Positions 15,955-24,034 of a stretch of DNA of 24,637 nucleotides are shown one piece after another. The notes under the pieces are model-generated. The model was not told the origin of the DNA. It did not search any database and saw only the letters and a list, made by a program, of their open reading frames with translations. Each line of letters begins with the position of its first letter. Position 1 is the stretch's first letter. The stretch covers positions 1 to 24,637 of the IMG/VR virus record IMGVR_UViG_3300012942_000129; one strand, written 5' to 3'. Both the position numbers and the translations under genes were made by a program. Source of the DNA: a virus. Lineage: Duplodnaviria > Caudoviricetes.

Positions 15955-17566
15955 CGCCGCCGCTCGCCTCCACCGGCGTGCCCACCGGCTGCTCGGGCAC
16001 CTCGTCTGCGGCGGCGTTCGGGGCGCGCTCGGCGACCAGCACCGCCAGCACCTGCGCCGCGACTTCCTCCGCGTCGGCGATGTCCACGCCCAGCGCCTTG
16101 GCCGCACCCAGCTTCGACATCGCATCCCCAAGGGTGTCGAGCACCTGGACGCGCTGCTGCAGCTGGGCGTCGGTCGTCGCGGCCGTCCACGCCTTGACGG
16201 TGTCCTCGTCGTAGCCGGTCTCCGCCAACGCCACCGCCAACGGCACACCAAGCGCGGTTTTCTGCTTGACGAGGTCGAGGCGTTCCTTCTCGCTGGTGTA
16301 GCCGACCGGCGCCCACGTGATCTGCACACTGTCGTCGACACCGAGCACCTGCGACAGCCCGAGTTCCAGGGCCTCGACGAACCCGGCATCGAGGGCGTCA
16401 CGGTGCCACTCCGTCTTGGAGTTGAGGCGGGCGTCACGCTGCCGAATACTCTCGCCGGTCGGGGTGCCGCCGCCGACACCGTCACCGGTGAAGTAGTAGG
16501 TGGGAGTGTTGGTGGTGACGCCCATCATCTGGACGTAGGTTTCGATGGGGGCGAGGAACTGCTGCACGTCGGCGGCCTGGAACTGGCCGAGCGCCTTGGC
16601 GGTAATCTCCCAGATGCGGCCCGGCCCGGACGTCAGGCTGGACACGGTCTCCTCGTCGTCGGGCACCGTACTGTCGTCGGCGTTGTACTCGATGTCGTCA
16701 CCGAACGTCGCCGCCGTGTCCTTCAAAGCCCAGCGCTGCGGGAACGCCGCGAAATCCGACGTGGACAGCTGGTTGACGATCAGTTTCGTGATGGCCTCCT
16801 GCGGCCCGTAGGCGCCCTTGTGGAGCGGCGAACCGTAGGGGAAATCGTTGCGCAGGTGGATGAACGGGAACGCCCCGAGTTCGTTGGGAACCTCGCCGAC
16901 GAACTGGTAGTCGACGGCGTCTTTCCCCTTTTTCAGCGCGGTGCGGTAGTACTCGATGCGGTACCCGGCATACGCCCCGAGGTACAGCCACGCCTCCCAA
17001 TACCCGCCGCAGTCCTTGATCTTCACGGCGTGGTGCTTCACGCGAGGGTTGTCCTCGTCGTAGAACACGCGCGTCGACAGGGGACTGTTGTAGAACAGCG
17101 ACACCGTCTGCGGGCCCTCATCCACCGGCACCGCCTGCGTGCCGTCCTGGCCGCCGCTGTTGCGGTCGGTGACCTCGTCGTCGACGGCGCCGGGCAGCGA
17201 CGACTCGCCGGGCCACACGAACAGGTAGGCGTCGCCGAACTTCTCCGCCGCCCGGATCGCCGACTTGGACTCCAGCCGCATGTTGTTGGGCTTCCAGATC
17301 CCGGCCTGCACCGCCGCGGTGCCTTCCGGGGTGGAGGCGCGCACGTCCACGATCCGCAGCTTGTCGACGACCGCATCCACCGGAACCGCGCTGAGGACGG
17401 TCTTGTACCGCTGCGGCGTCGACCCCAACAGCTGCTGCAACAACAGGCTGGTGAACGGCTCCGCGAAGCTGCCGTCGTAGAACTTCTGCGCCTTGTGGTA
17501 TTCGGGCTGGCACGCCCACAACTCCTCAAGGGAGGCGCGCAGCAGACCGATCTCCGGCTCAGACAT
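15944..17566 (-). CDS. Portal protein (SPP1 gp6-like)
   Basis: 540 aa after TerL; FYDG, FGDAYLFVW, NELGAFPFIHL, AAFPQRW, PTGESIR motifs. Confidence 0.93.
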   Translation of the reverse strand: MSEPEIGLLRASLEELWACQPEYHKAQKFYDGSFAEPFTSLLLQQLLGSTPQRYKTVLSAVPVDAVVDKLRIVDVRASTPEGTAAVQAGIWKPNNMRLESKSAIRAAEKFGDAYLFVWPGESSLPGAVDDEVTDRNSGGQDGTQAVPVDEGPQTVSLFYNSPLSTRVFYDEDNPRVKHHAVKIKDCGGYWEAWLYLGAYAGYRIEYYRTALKKGKDAVDYQFVGEVPNELGAFPFIHLRNDFPYGSPLHKGAYGPQEAITKLIVNQLSTSDFAAFPQRWALKDTAATFGDDIEYNADDSTVPDDEETVSSLTSGPGRIWEITAKALGQFQAADVQQFLAPIETYVQMMGVTTNTPTYYFTGDGVGGGTPTGESIRQRDARLNSKTEWHRDALDAGFVEALELGLSQVLGVDDSVQITWAPVGYTSEKERLDLVKQKTALGVPLAVALAETGYDEDTVKAWTAATTDAQLQQRVQVLDTLGDAMSKLGAAKALGVDIADAEEVAAQVLAVLVAERAPNAAADEVPEQPVGTPVEASGGDGE

Positions 17567-19109
17567 AGGACACGCTCCGGGCGACAGGCCGCCGCGGCGG
17601 CGCGGTGGTGATCAGCTTGAGGACGGCGTTGCCGACGGCGTCGACCATGTCGTCGTGGGCGCCGTGCGGGAACGCCACCGCCTGCTCCTCGTAGGCCGGC
17701 AGCCGCCGGGCGTGCACGACGCGGGAGGGGATGCGCTGGTAGAGGGCGTGGAGCCGTCCGGCGCGGATCTCTTTCGGCTCCGAGTTGGTGAAGGTGCGGA
17801 TCTTCACGGGCAGGTCGTGCAACGTCTGGTGCCACAGGTCGCCGCCCTGGTTGGCCTCCACCAGCACCAGGGCGATCTCCGGGTGCAGGGCCAGCAGTTC
17901 GAGCACCTTGGCGCGCAGTGCCTCGCCGGTGAGTTTCACCGCGGCCACGTCCTTCACCAGGCAGCGGCGCTGCGGGTCGGCGGGCTTGTGGGCCGTCGCG
18001 CCGACCACGGCCAGGCCCGTGTAGTCGCTGGCTTTCTTCGTGGTGACCGCGCCGTCGATCGACAGCACGGTGAACGCGCAGGGCATGTCGCCGTAGGTGA
18101 AATCGGCCTTGGACCAGTACGTGCCGCCTGCCTGCACCGGGTCGTTGAGGAACGTCTTCGCGTACCCGCGGGTCGTGCGGATCGACTGGAGGAACTCGGT
18201 ACTCCACCGGCCCGGCCACAGGGAGCGTTCCGACCCGTCGGGGCGGGCGACGAGCGGCGCGAAGTAGGTGGTGCGGAACTGCTCCTCGCGGATCCAGTCG
18301 GCCGGCGGCTCACCGGGCGCGAGGACGGTCTTGGCGAGCTGGTGCATGATGCCGCCGGCGCGGGTCGCGGTGCCGACGAGCCGGACGTGGGCGCGGTCGT
18401 TCATGGGCAGGATGCCGTCGATGATCGTGGCGAGGCGCTGATCGGCCTGGTACTGGGAGTAGCCGGCGCCCTCGTCGCCTTCGACATCGTCCAACAGCAA
18501 CAGGTCGGGCCTTCGGTTCTCCGGGTCCACCAGCCCCAACACTTCGGTGTCGATGCCGCGGGCGGCGAACGAGAAACGGCTGACGGTGTGGACCATCGCA
18601 TGACTGTCGGCGACCGGGGTGCCGTTGGCCTTGCGGGCCGGGGCGCAAAGGTCGGGGTAGTCCAGGCGCAGCAGCGGGTTGGTGTGGAACTCCCGCCGCA
18701 GACCCGCCAGGTGGTCTTGGGCCTGTGTCGCCGAGGAGCTGAACGCGGCGATGAAATGGACGTGGCCGTGTGCGGCGGCCCACAGGCTGGTGATGAGGAA
18801 CAGCGTGGTGGACTTGCCGGAGCCGCGCGGGGCGACGTAGGCGCGCCGGTCCTCCTTCGGGCCGGGGATGGTCACCAGGTGGAGGGCGTCGCGGTACAGG
18901 CCCAAGTGCACGTCACCGAACGTGATGTCGCCGTCGGCGCTGCGCAGGTGGTGGCGTAGGTAGACCCAGCCGAACAGCAGCGGGTCGTGCCGGGTGACCA
19001 GGCGTCGCCCTTCCGGGTCGGCCAGCAGCCGCGGGTCCTGCGCGGCGAGGTGCGCGTCGAGGTCGAACGTTTCGGCGTCGAGGCCGTCGAGGTAGCCGCG
19101 CTCACGCAT
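17559..19109 (-). CDS. terL: Terminase large subunit
   Basis: Walker A APRGSGKST, Walker B LLLLDDVE, nuclease motifs SIDGA...SDYTG...VEANQGG...HDDMVDA; start 19109 inferred. Confidence 0.95.
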   Translation of the reverse strand: MRERGYLDGLDAETFDLDAHLAAQDPRLLADPEGRRLVTRHDPLLFGWVYLRHHLRSADGDITFGDVHLGLYRDALHLVTIPGPKEDRRAYVAPRGSGKSTTLFLITSLWAAAHGHVHFIAAFSSSATQAQDHLAGLRREFHTNPLLRLDYPDLCAPARKANGTPVADSHAMVHTVSRFSFAARGIDTEVLGLVDPENRRPDLLLLDDVEGDEGAGYSQYQADQRLATIIDGILPMNDRAHVRLVGTATRAGGIMHQLAKTVLAPGEPPADWIREEQFRTTYFAPLVARPDGSERSLWPGRWSTEFLQSIRTTRGYAKTFLNDPVQAGGTYWSKADFTYGDMPCAFTVLSIDGAVTTKKASDYTGLAVVGATAHKPADPQRRCLVKDVAAVKLTGEALRAKVLELLALHPEIALVLVEANQGGDLWHQTLHDLPVKIRTFTNSEPKEIRAGRLHALYQRIPSRVVHARRLPAYEEQAVAFPHGAHDDMVDAVGNAVLKLITTAPPRRPVARSVSYV

Positions 19110-19716
19110 CGCTGCTGCCGTCGCGGAGTTCCCGTTCCCGTTCGGCGGCGCGGGCTCGGGCGGCACGCAGCAGGTCTTCCATCTCGGCGGTGTGTTGGCT
19201 GACCTGCCCGGAGTGTTCGACCTGCATGGCGGCCGGCGCGTCGAGGCCGTCCAGTTTCCGCAGCGACTCGGAGGCGCGGATGATCCGGTCGATCGCGGCG
19301 AGGGCCGGGCCGTCGTCGATGAGCGGTTTGCCGTCGTCGTCCTTCATGATCTGCCCGTAGGAGATCGTGACGTGCTTGGTCTCCAGCACCTCGTGGGCTT
19401 TCTCGACGACGTAGGCGAGGCGGGCGCGCTGGGCGGCGCGGGCCTTGACGACCTCGGCTTCGGTGGCCTCGCGGATGGAGTACAGGCCCCGCTGGACACA
19501 GTCGTGCGCGGTGGACTTGGCGGTCAGGCCGAGCGCTTCGGCGATCTGCTGGTAGGTCCAGCCGTTCAGGGTCCACCGTGCGGCAGCCCACGCGTCGCGT
19601 TCGGCCTGGTTGCGGGGGACTTGGAGGCGGCCGGTGCGCACGGCGCGGGGCCGTTCGAGGCGTGGCGGGGGTGGGGGGATGTCGTCGTAGGGCCAGTCGC
19701 TGGTGGTGTCGCTCAC
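19102..19716 (-). CDS. terS: Terminase small subunit (HTH type)
   Basis: GWTYQQIAEALG HTH and AIDRIIR...KLDGLDAP motif; GTG 19716 with GGAGGGAGG RBS; overlaps terL. Confidence 0.8.
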   Translation of the reverse strand: MSDTTSDWPYDDIPPPPPRLERPRAVRTGRLQVPRNQAERDAWAAARWTLNGWTYQQIAEALGLTAKSTAHDCVQRGLYSIREATEAEVVKARAAQRARLAYVVEKAHEVLETKHVTISYGQIMKDDDGKPLIDDGPALAAIDRIIRASESLRKLDGLDAPAAMQVEHSGQVSQHTAEMEDLLRAARARAAERERELRDGSSDA

Positions 19717-19949
19717 TGCCGCGCCTCCCTCCACTGTTGGTTTGTTGGAAGCGTACAACGATCACCGGGTGGAGCCGGTGAAAGTGTGGCACACGCTGTG
19801 CACATCCCACAGAACACGCGGGTTGAGGTGCTGTCGCGGACGGCCGTGGGGCGTGTACGGAACCCGTCACAAACCACGCCCCGTCACCGCCCGGCCCGCA
19901 TTGCGGCGATACGCTGCCGCGCACCCACAACCCACAGGGGGGAAACCTG

Positions 19950-20492
19950 ATGGCCAGGCAGTTCAGCGACCGGCCCGACATCGACACGGCCGCGCAGAAA
20001 CTCAAGATGACCATGGGCGGCAAACGGGAGATCAAGCGCCTGCCCGAAGCACTCTGGGAAGGCGAGACGGTGAGCATGCTCGCGGTCGGCCAGTACGGCG
20101 GCGGGCAGGGCATCGCGGCCATGACCGACCGGCGCCTGTTGTTCTTCAAGCACGGCATCACCGGCCAGTCCGTCACCGACTTCCCCTACGCCAACATCAG
20201 CAGCGTGGAATGGCACGGCGGCCTCGCGTCGGGCACGTTGGTGGTGTATGCGGCAGGCCACGCCACGAAGATCGAGGGCATGAACAAGGCCGACGGGCGC
20301 GCCCTGGCCGATGCGCTGCGCACCCTCGTGTCGGGCACGGTGAAGACCGCAGGCACCCCGGCGGGCATCCCGGCTGCGCCGCAGCAGGATGTGGCGGCAC
20401 GCCTCGCCACGCTCGACCAACTGCGGGCGGTGGGGGCGATCTCGGATCAGGAGTACCGGGACCGGCGGGCGGCGATCATCGCCAGCATCTGA
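19950..20492 (+). CDS. Bacterial PH domain (bPH_3/YokE-like) plus C-terminal SHOCT domain protein (moron)
   Basis: LWEGETV...GIAAMTDRRLLFF...FPYANISSVEW PH pattern; DVAARLATLDQLRAVGAISDQEY SHOCT pattern; GGGGGG RBS. Confidence 0.88.
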   Translation: MARQFSDRPDIDTAAQKLKMTMGGKREIKRLPEALWEGETVSMLAVGQYGGGQGIAAMTDRRLLFFKHGITGQSVTDFPYANISSVEWHGGLASGTLVVYAAGHATKIEGMNKADGRALADALRTLVSGTVKTAGTPAGIPAAPQQDVAARLATLDQLRAVGAISDQEYRDRRAAIIASI

Positions 20493-20503
20493 CGGTCAGG
20501 CGG
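20487..20503 (+). repeat. 17-bp direct repeat, copy 1 (ATCTGACGGTCAGGCGG)
   Basis: Identical to 21195-21211; contains the TGA of the PH gene. Confidence 0.9.
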
Positions 20504-20531
20504 TCGGCGAGGCCCGCAGGAGCCCTTCCGC

Positions 20532-20537
20532 TATCGT
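20532..20537 (+). promoter_or_regulatory. Candidate -10 box for a leaderless XRE transcript
   Basis: TATCGT ends 6 nt before ATG 20544; no Shine-Dalgarno in between. Confidence 0.5.
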
Positions 20538-20543
20538 CCCGTC

Positions 20544-21200
20544 ATGGCGCTGAGCGTGAATGAGTGGGCAAGCGGGATGGCCAAACAGGTAGGGCGAGGA
20601 GTGGCGCACTACCGCAATACGGCCCATACCGAGGATGGGCGCAAGCTCACCGCTCAGGGCCTCGCTGACCGATGCACCGAGCTTGGGCTTCCGCTTGAGC
20701 GAACCGTGATCGCCAAGCTTGAGAAGGGCATGCGGCAGACCATCACCATCGGGGAGATGCTGATCCTCGCCCGCGCTCTAGGGGTGACGCCGCTGGAACT
20801 CCTGTTCCCAATCGGGCGCACGTCGGCCATCGAGATTCTGCCCGGCGAGCAAGCTGAACCATGGGCCGCCGCGAAGTGGTTCACCGGGGAGGCTAGCGGC
20901 CTCTCGTCAGCAGACGGGAGACCGAGCGGGGCGCAGCAGGACACGGCGCTCATCGACCTGTTCCGTCGACACGATCAAGCCGTGCAGGAGTGGCACCGTG
21001 CCACGCGCCTTCTCGGCCGTCTGCGTCACGGCACTGGCGCGCCCAAGCCCTTTCATGACGACGCGCTGGACGCGGCTCGTGGGTGCATGGCCAAGGACGA
21101 AGAGCACTTGTGGGCCCTGCGTCAGGAGATACACGACATGGGACTTACGCCCCCGGCGCTCCCGCCGTATCTGTCGTTCCTGGAGGGCACCCAGATCTGA
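20544..21200 (+). CDS. XRE-family HTH transcriptional regulator (moron 2)
   Basis: VGRGVAHYR...LTAQGLADRCTELGLPLERTVIAKLEKGMRQTITIGEMLILARALGVTPLELLFP. Confidence 0.9.
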   Translation: MALSVNEWASGMAKQVGRGVAHYRNTAHTEDGRKLTAQGLADRCTELGLPLERTVIAKLEKGMRQTITIGEMLILARALGVTPLELLFPIGRTSAIEILPGEQAEPWAAAKWFTGEASGLSSADGRPSGAQQDTALIDLFRRHDQAVQEWHRATRLLGRLRHGTGAPKPFHDDALDAARGCMAKDEEHLWALRQEIHDMGLTPPALPPYLSFLEGTQI

Positions 21201-21211
21201 CGGTCAGGCGG
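21195..21211 (+). repeat. 17-bp direct repeat, copy 2
   Basis: ATCTGACGGTCAGGCGG; contains the XRE stop (+) and the stop of the Stealth-like gene (-). Confidence 0.9.
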
Positions 21212-21917
21212 CGCGGGCCCGGCGGGCAGGCTGCTCGTGCGGGCCCGGCTCCGGAAACAGCACGGCGAGACGTGGCCGCACGGCGGGGAACGACGAGTCC
21301 CCCGTCGACAGCCACGGCCCCGTCGGTGCGGGCCGCCCCGCCTCGATGCCCTTCGCGTAGACCTTGGGGTCGGCCAACGGCGTGGACGGCAGTTCGATCA
21401 GCGCCCCGTACACGCTGCGCCGCTGATACGCCTGGATGCTTCCCTCCAGCGCGCACGCCTCCAGCATCGGGGCCTTCCACACGACGATCGGAACGTGCAA
21501 CTCGTAGCACAACGGGTCCTCGAAGCCGAGGTACTGGAGCAGGGCGAGGGTGTCGCGCAGGCCCTGTACGTACAGGGAGTTGCGCCAGCCGCCCTGCTCG
21601 TACTCGGTGATGTGCTCCCGCATCGTGTTGCGGTGATGATGCCCGAACCAGCGGATGGGCTCGACGGCGTACATGTCGTCGTTGAAGAACAGGAACGGGT
21701 CGGAGATCTCCGGCTCGCTGCACGCGGCGATCATGTTCGCGGTGACGGTGCGGTATTTGTTGCCCAGCACCCGGGTGGGGATCGTGCCGACGTCACGCAC
21801 CCATGCGGGCCAGCCGCCGACGATCCACACCCGCCCGTGCGGCACATTCACCAGCGACCGCAGGCTGTAGCGCAACTCTTCGTTGCTGCCGGGCCGGCAC
21901 GAGTACACGACGTCCAT
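21204..21917 (-). CDS. Stealth-family-like sugar-phosphate transferase (minimal, 237 aa)
   Basis: MDVVY (CR1-like), NEELRYSLRSL...RVWIVG..PAW and FLFFNDD (CR2-like), ELHVP (CR3-like); ATG 21917 overlaps the upstream TAA. Confidence 0.75.
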   Translation of the reverse strand: MDVVYSCRPGSNEELRYSLRSLVNVPHGRVWIVGGWPAWVRDVGTIPTRVLGNKYRTVTANMIAACSEPEISDPFLFFNDDMYAVEPIRWFGHHHRNTMREHITEYEQGGWRNSLYVQGLRDTLALLQYLGFEDPLCYELHVPIVVWKAPMLEACALEGSIQAYQRRSVYGALIELPSTPLADPKVYAKGIEAGRPAPTGPWLSTGDSSFPAVRPRLAVLFPEPGPHEQPARRARAA

Positions 21918-22093
21918 TACTGCTCGTACCGTTCGCGTCCGTCGAGACTGTGATGGACGACCACCCATCCCATGCTGCCGTCTTCCCGCTGGACGGGGCG
22001 CGTCTCGGGCCCACACGCGCAGCCTGGTTCGCCGCCGTTGGTGTCGTGATCAATGAGGTCGTCGACCGGGTAGACGTGCATGGTGTTGCTCAT
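21917..22093 (-). CDS. Small His/Cys putative metal-binding phage protein (58 aa)
   Basis: Hand translation: MSNTMHVYPVDDLIDHDTNGGEPGCACGPETRPVQREDGSMGWVVVHHSLDGRERYEQ*; TAATG coupling to the next gene. Confidence 0.8.
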   Translation of the reverse strand: MSNTMHVYPVDDLIDHDTNGGEPGCACGPETRPVQREDGSMGWVVVHHSLDGRERYEQ

Positions 22094-22100
22094 CCCCGGG

Positions 22101-22268
22101 TCAGCGGCTCTTCCTGCGGGCGGCCTTCTTCCGGCCGGCGGCGGCCTTCGCCTTCATGCCAGCTTTGCCGTACTTGCGGACGCCGATCCGGTAGGCGAGG
22201 CCGCCCGGGTTGCTCGCGCCCTTCGCGGCGAGCTGGGCCTTGAGCTTCTTGAATCCGACGCGTGCCAT
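22101..22268 (-). CDS. Small highly basic protein (55 aa)
   Basis: Hand translation: MARVGFKKLKAQLAAKGASNPGGLAYRIGVRKYGKAGMKAKAAAGRKKAARRKSR*; GGAGGTGG RBS; high GC3. Confidence 0.85.
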   Translation of the reverse strand: MARVGFKKLKAQLAAKGASNPGGLAYRIGVRKYGKAGMKAKAAAGRKKAARRKSR

Positions 22269-22288
22269 GCTGGCCACCTCCGATTCTC

Positions 22289-22294
22289 AGGCTA
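22289..22294 (-). promoter_or_regulatory. Candidate -10 box (TAGCCT) for the three-gene operon
   Basis: TAGnnT hexamer between a terminator and the RBS of the 55-aa gene; no clear -35. Confidence 0.4.
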
Positions 22295-22332
22295 GCGGAC
22301 GGGCACGCCATGGGGTTGGGGAGTTGCGCGGG

Positions 22333-22365
22333 GAAACAGCCCCGGAGTCGCGGGCTCCGGGGCTG
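22333..22365 (-). terminator. Intrinsic terminator ending the middle-gene transcript
   Basis: 11-bp stem CAGCCCCGGAG / CTCCGGGGCTG followed by TTT on the minus strand, just after the stop at 22374. Confidence 0.7.
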
Positions 22366-22373
22366 CGGCGTGT

Positions 22374-22625
22374 TCAGGGGTTGATGGTGCCCAGCCCGAT
22401 GGTGTCGTCGAGGGGGTGGCCGGCGGCCGGGTTGGTCCACAGGTTGGCGAGGGCGGCGTCGAGCGCCTCGCCGGCGCCGGCGTGCGTGTCGGCGGGTGCG
22501 ACCCAGGCGAGGAGCCGCCTTGCTGCGGTGTGGGTTTCGAGGCGGACGATGCGGAGGAACAGGGCCTGCTCGGCGGGGGTGAGGCGCACGGTGGGCCGCG
22601 CATCGTCGGGTCTACCGGACATCAC
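22374..22625 (-). CDS. Hypothetical phage protein
   Basis: 83 aa; GGAGGAG RBS; GTGA overlap with the upstream gene. Confidence 0.7.
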   Translation of the reverse strand: MMSGRPDDARPTVRLTPAEQALFLRIVRLETHTAARRLLAWVAPADTHAGAGEALDAALANLWTNPAAGHPLDDTIGLGTINP

Positions 22626-22843
22626 GTCTCCTCCGGGTTGTAGTTGAGGTGTGCACCGAGGTTGATGGGCGGGTCGGCGGCCTCGATGAGGGGGACGCTG
22701 AGGGGCACGGCCGGGGTTCGGTCGTCGACTGTCACGGCCTGGTACCGGTCGGTGCGGTGTCCGCAGGTGCAGCCGGGGTCGGTGCAGTGCTGGTCGCGGG
22801 GCGCACGCCGGTCAGCGGCGTCACGGCAGGGGGTGCAAATCAT
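22622..22843 (-). CDS. Hypothetical Cys/His-rich (zinc-finger-like) protein
   Basis: MICTPC...HCTDPGCTCGH; ATG 22843 with AGGAG RBS; ATGA overlap. Confidence 0.75.
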   Translation of the reverse strand: MICTPCRDAADRRAPRDQHCTDPGCTCGHRTDRYQAVTVDDRTPAVPLSVPLIEAADPPINLGAHLNYNPEET

Positions 22844-23238
22844 CGGCCGGTCTCCTCTCGGCGGGCCCGGTCGGCGGCGGCTTCGAGGAGGTGCCGTAGC
22901 TGCTGGGCGGTGTGGTTGGCGGCCCATGCTCCGATGAGGCGGTGGGCGTGGCCGGTGGCGTTGGAGGCTTCGCCGGCGGTCCAGTTGGGGTCGGGCCAGC
23001 GGGGGGCGTGGATGTCGGGGTTGATGAGTCCGGCGAGGACGATGAGTGCGGCGCTTTCGGCGATGGCCTGTTCGGGGACGGAGGTGGCGAGGAAGACGTC
23101 GGGGTTGAGGCTGCCGAAGGTGGCGAGGCGTAGTGCGTGGAAGGGTCCATGTTCAGCGTGCTGTGCTGCGTCGCTGAGGATGCGGGACGCTGACGCGGTG
23201 GTTGGGGTGGCGGCGATCTCTCGGAGGGACATGCTCAC
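22840..23238 (-). CDS. Hypothetical phage protein (possibly DUF6197-like)
   Basis: GTG 23238 with AGGAG RBS; C-term IGAWAANHTAQQLRHLLEAAA. Confidence 0.7.
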   Translation of the reverse strand: MSMSLREIAATPTTASASRILSDAAQHAEHGPFHALRLATFGSLNPDVFLATSVPEQAIAESAALIVLAGLINPDIHAPRWPDPNWTAGEASNATGHAHRLIGAWAANHTAQQLRHLLEAAADRARREETGR

Positions 23239-23432
23239 GTCGTCTCCTGGTTGATCAGTGGGGCGACGGTGAGGGTTCGTTCGAGTCGCGGTTGGACGGT
23301 GGTGTGGGGTGCGCGGTCGTGTAGGTCGGCCTCGAAGTCGAGGAGGTCGGCGAGGGCGTGGGCGAGGCCGTCGTCCGGGTGGGTGCGGCGCCACCGGGCG
23401 GCGGCGGCCCGGAGTTCGCCGGCGGGGGTCAT
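23235..23432 (-). CDS. Hypothetical phage protein
   Basis: 65 aa MTPAGELRAAAARWR...ALADLL; GAGGAG RBS; overlaps on both sides. Confidence 0.75.
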   Translation of the reverse strand: MTPAGELRAAAARWRRTHPDDGLAHALADLLDFEADLHDRAPHTTVQPRLERTLTVAPLINQETT

Positions 23433-24034
23433 CGCGCGGGCTCCTCAGGAGTGGTGCGGCTGCCGTGCGGGATCGCGGACAGTTCACGGGCCCGGCCGAG
23501 CCACTCAGCGGTGGCTCCATACGCGCGGGTCCGGTTGCAGCGAGCGCAGCGCCCGTAGGTGTCGTGTTCCAGGACTGGCTGCTCACAGACGCAGGTGGCG
23601 TGCGCCATTTTGATGGCCGAGCAGTCGTGGTGGTACAGGCCGGGCTCACCCTGCCACCAGCGCTCCCGTGGGCCGTCCCAGGAGTGAGAGATGTTGACGT
23701 GGTCATCCTTGACGGACCTGCCGCCGCACCAGGCGCAGCGGGTCAGGAGTCGGCGCCGGGCGTGCTGAAGCGGGTGGATCTGGATGTGCCAGTGGTGGAT
23801 GTGCCAGCGCCAGGCCCGGCCGCTGATTGGGCAGGTGGTGGAGTCGTAGCCGGACGGGTCGCGGTGCCAGACGGTGATGAGGGCGGGCCAGTAGAGGCCG
23901 CGCCCCGCGAGGACCGTGAAGGCGCCGTGGAACTGCCAGCGGATGCCCTGTGCTGCGGCGGTCTTGGTCTTCCAGCCTTCGCGGCGGGGCCAGGGGCGGC
24001 GGATCTGGAACGCGACGGTCAACGGGTCGTGCAT
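23429..24034 (-). CDS. Hypothetical Trp/His/Cys-rich phage protein
   Basis: MHDPLTVAFQIRRPWP...ITVWHRDP...WRWHIHHWHIQ...RCAWCG; ATG 24034 with GGAGGAG RBS. Confidence 0.8.
   Translation of the reverse strand: MHDPLTVAFQIRRPWPRREGWKTKTAAAQGIRWQFHGAFTVLAGRGLYWPALITVWHRDPSGYDSTTCPISGRAWRWHIHHWHIQIHPLQHARRRLLTRCAWCGGRSVKDDHVNISHSWDGPRERWWQGEPGLYHHDCSAIKMAHATCVCEQPVLEHDTYGRCARCNRTRAYGATAEWLGRARELSAIPHGSRTTPEEPAR

Noticed and set aside
13275-21211. CGTCA/TGACG pentamer recurring in intergenic regions as an operator
   Set aside because: Too short and common in GC-rich DNA, and often just TGA stop context; cannot be supported without statistics
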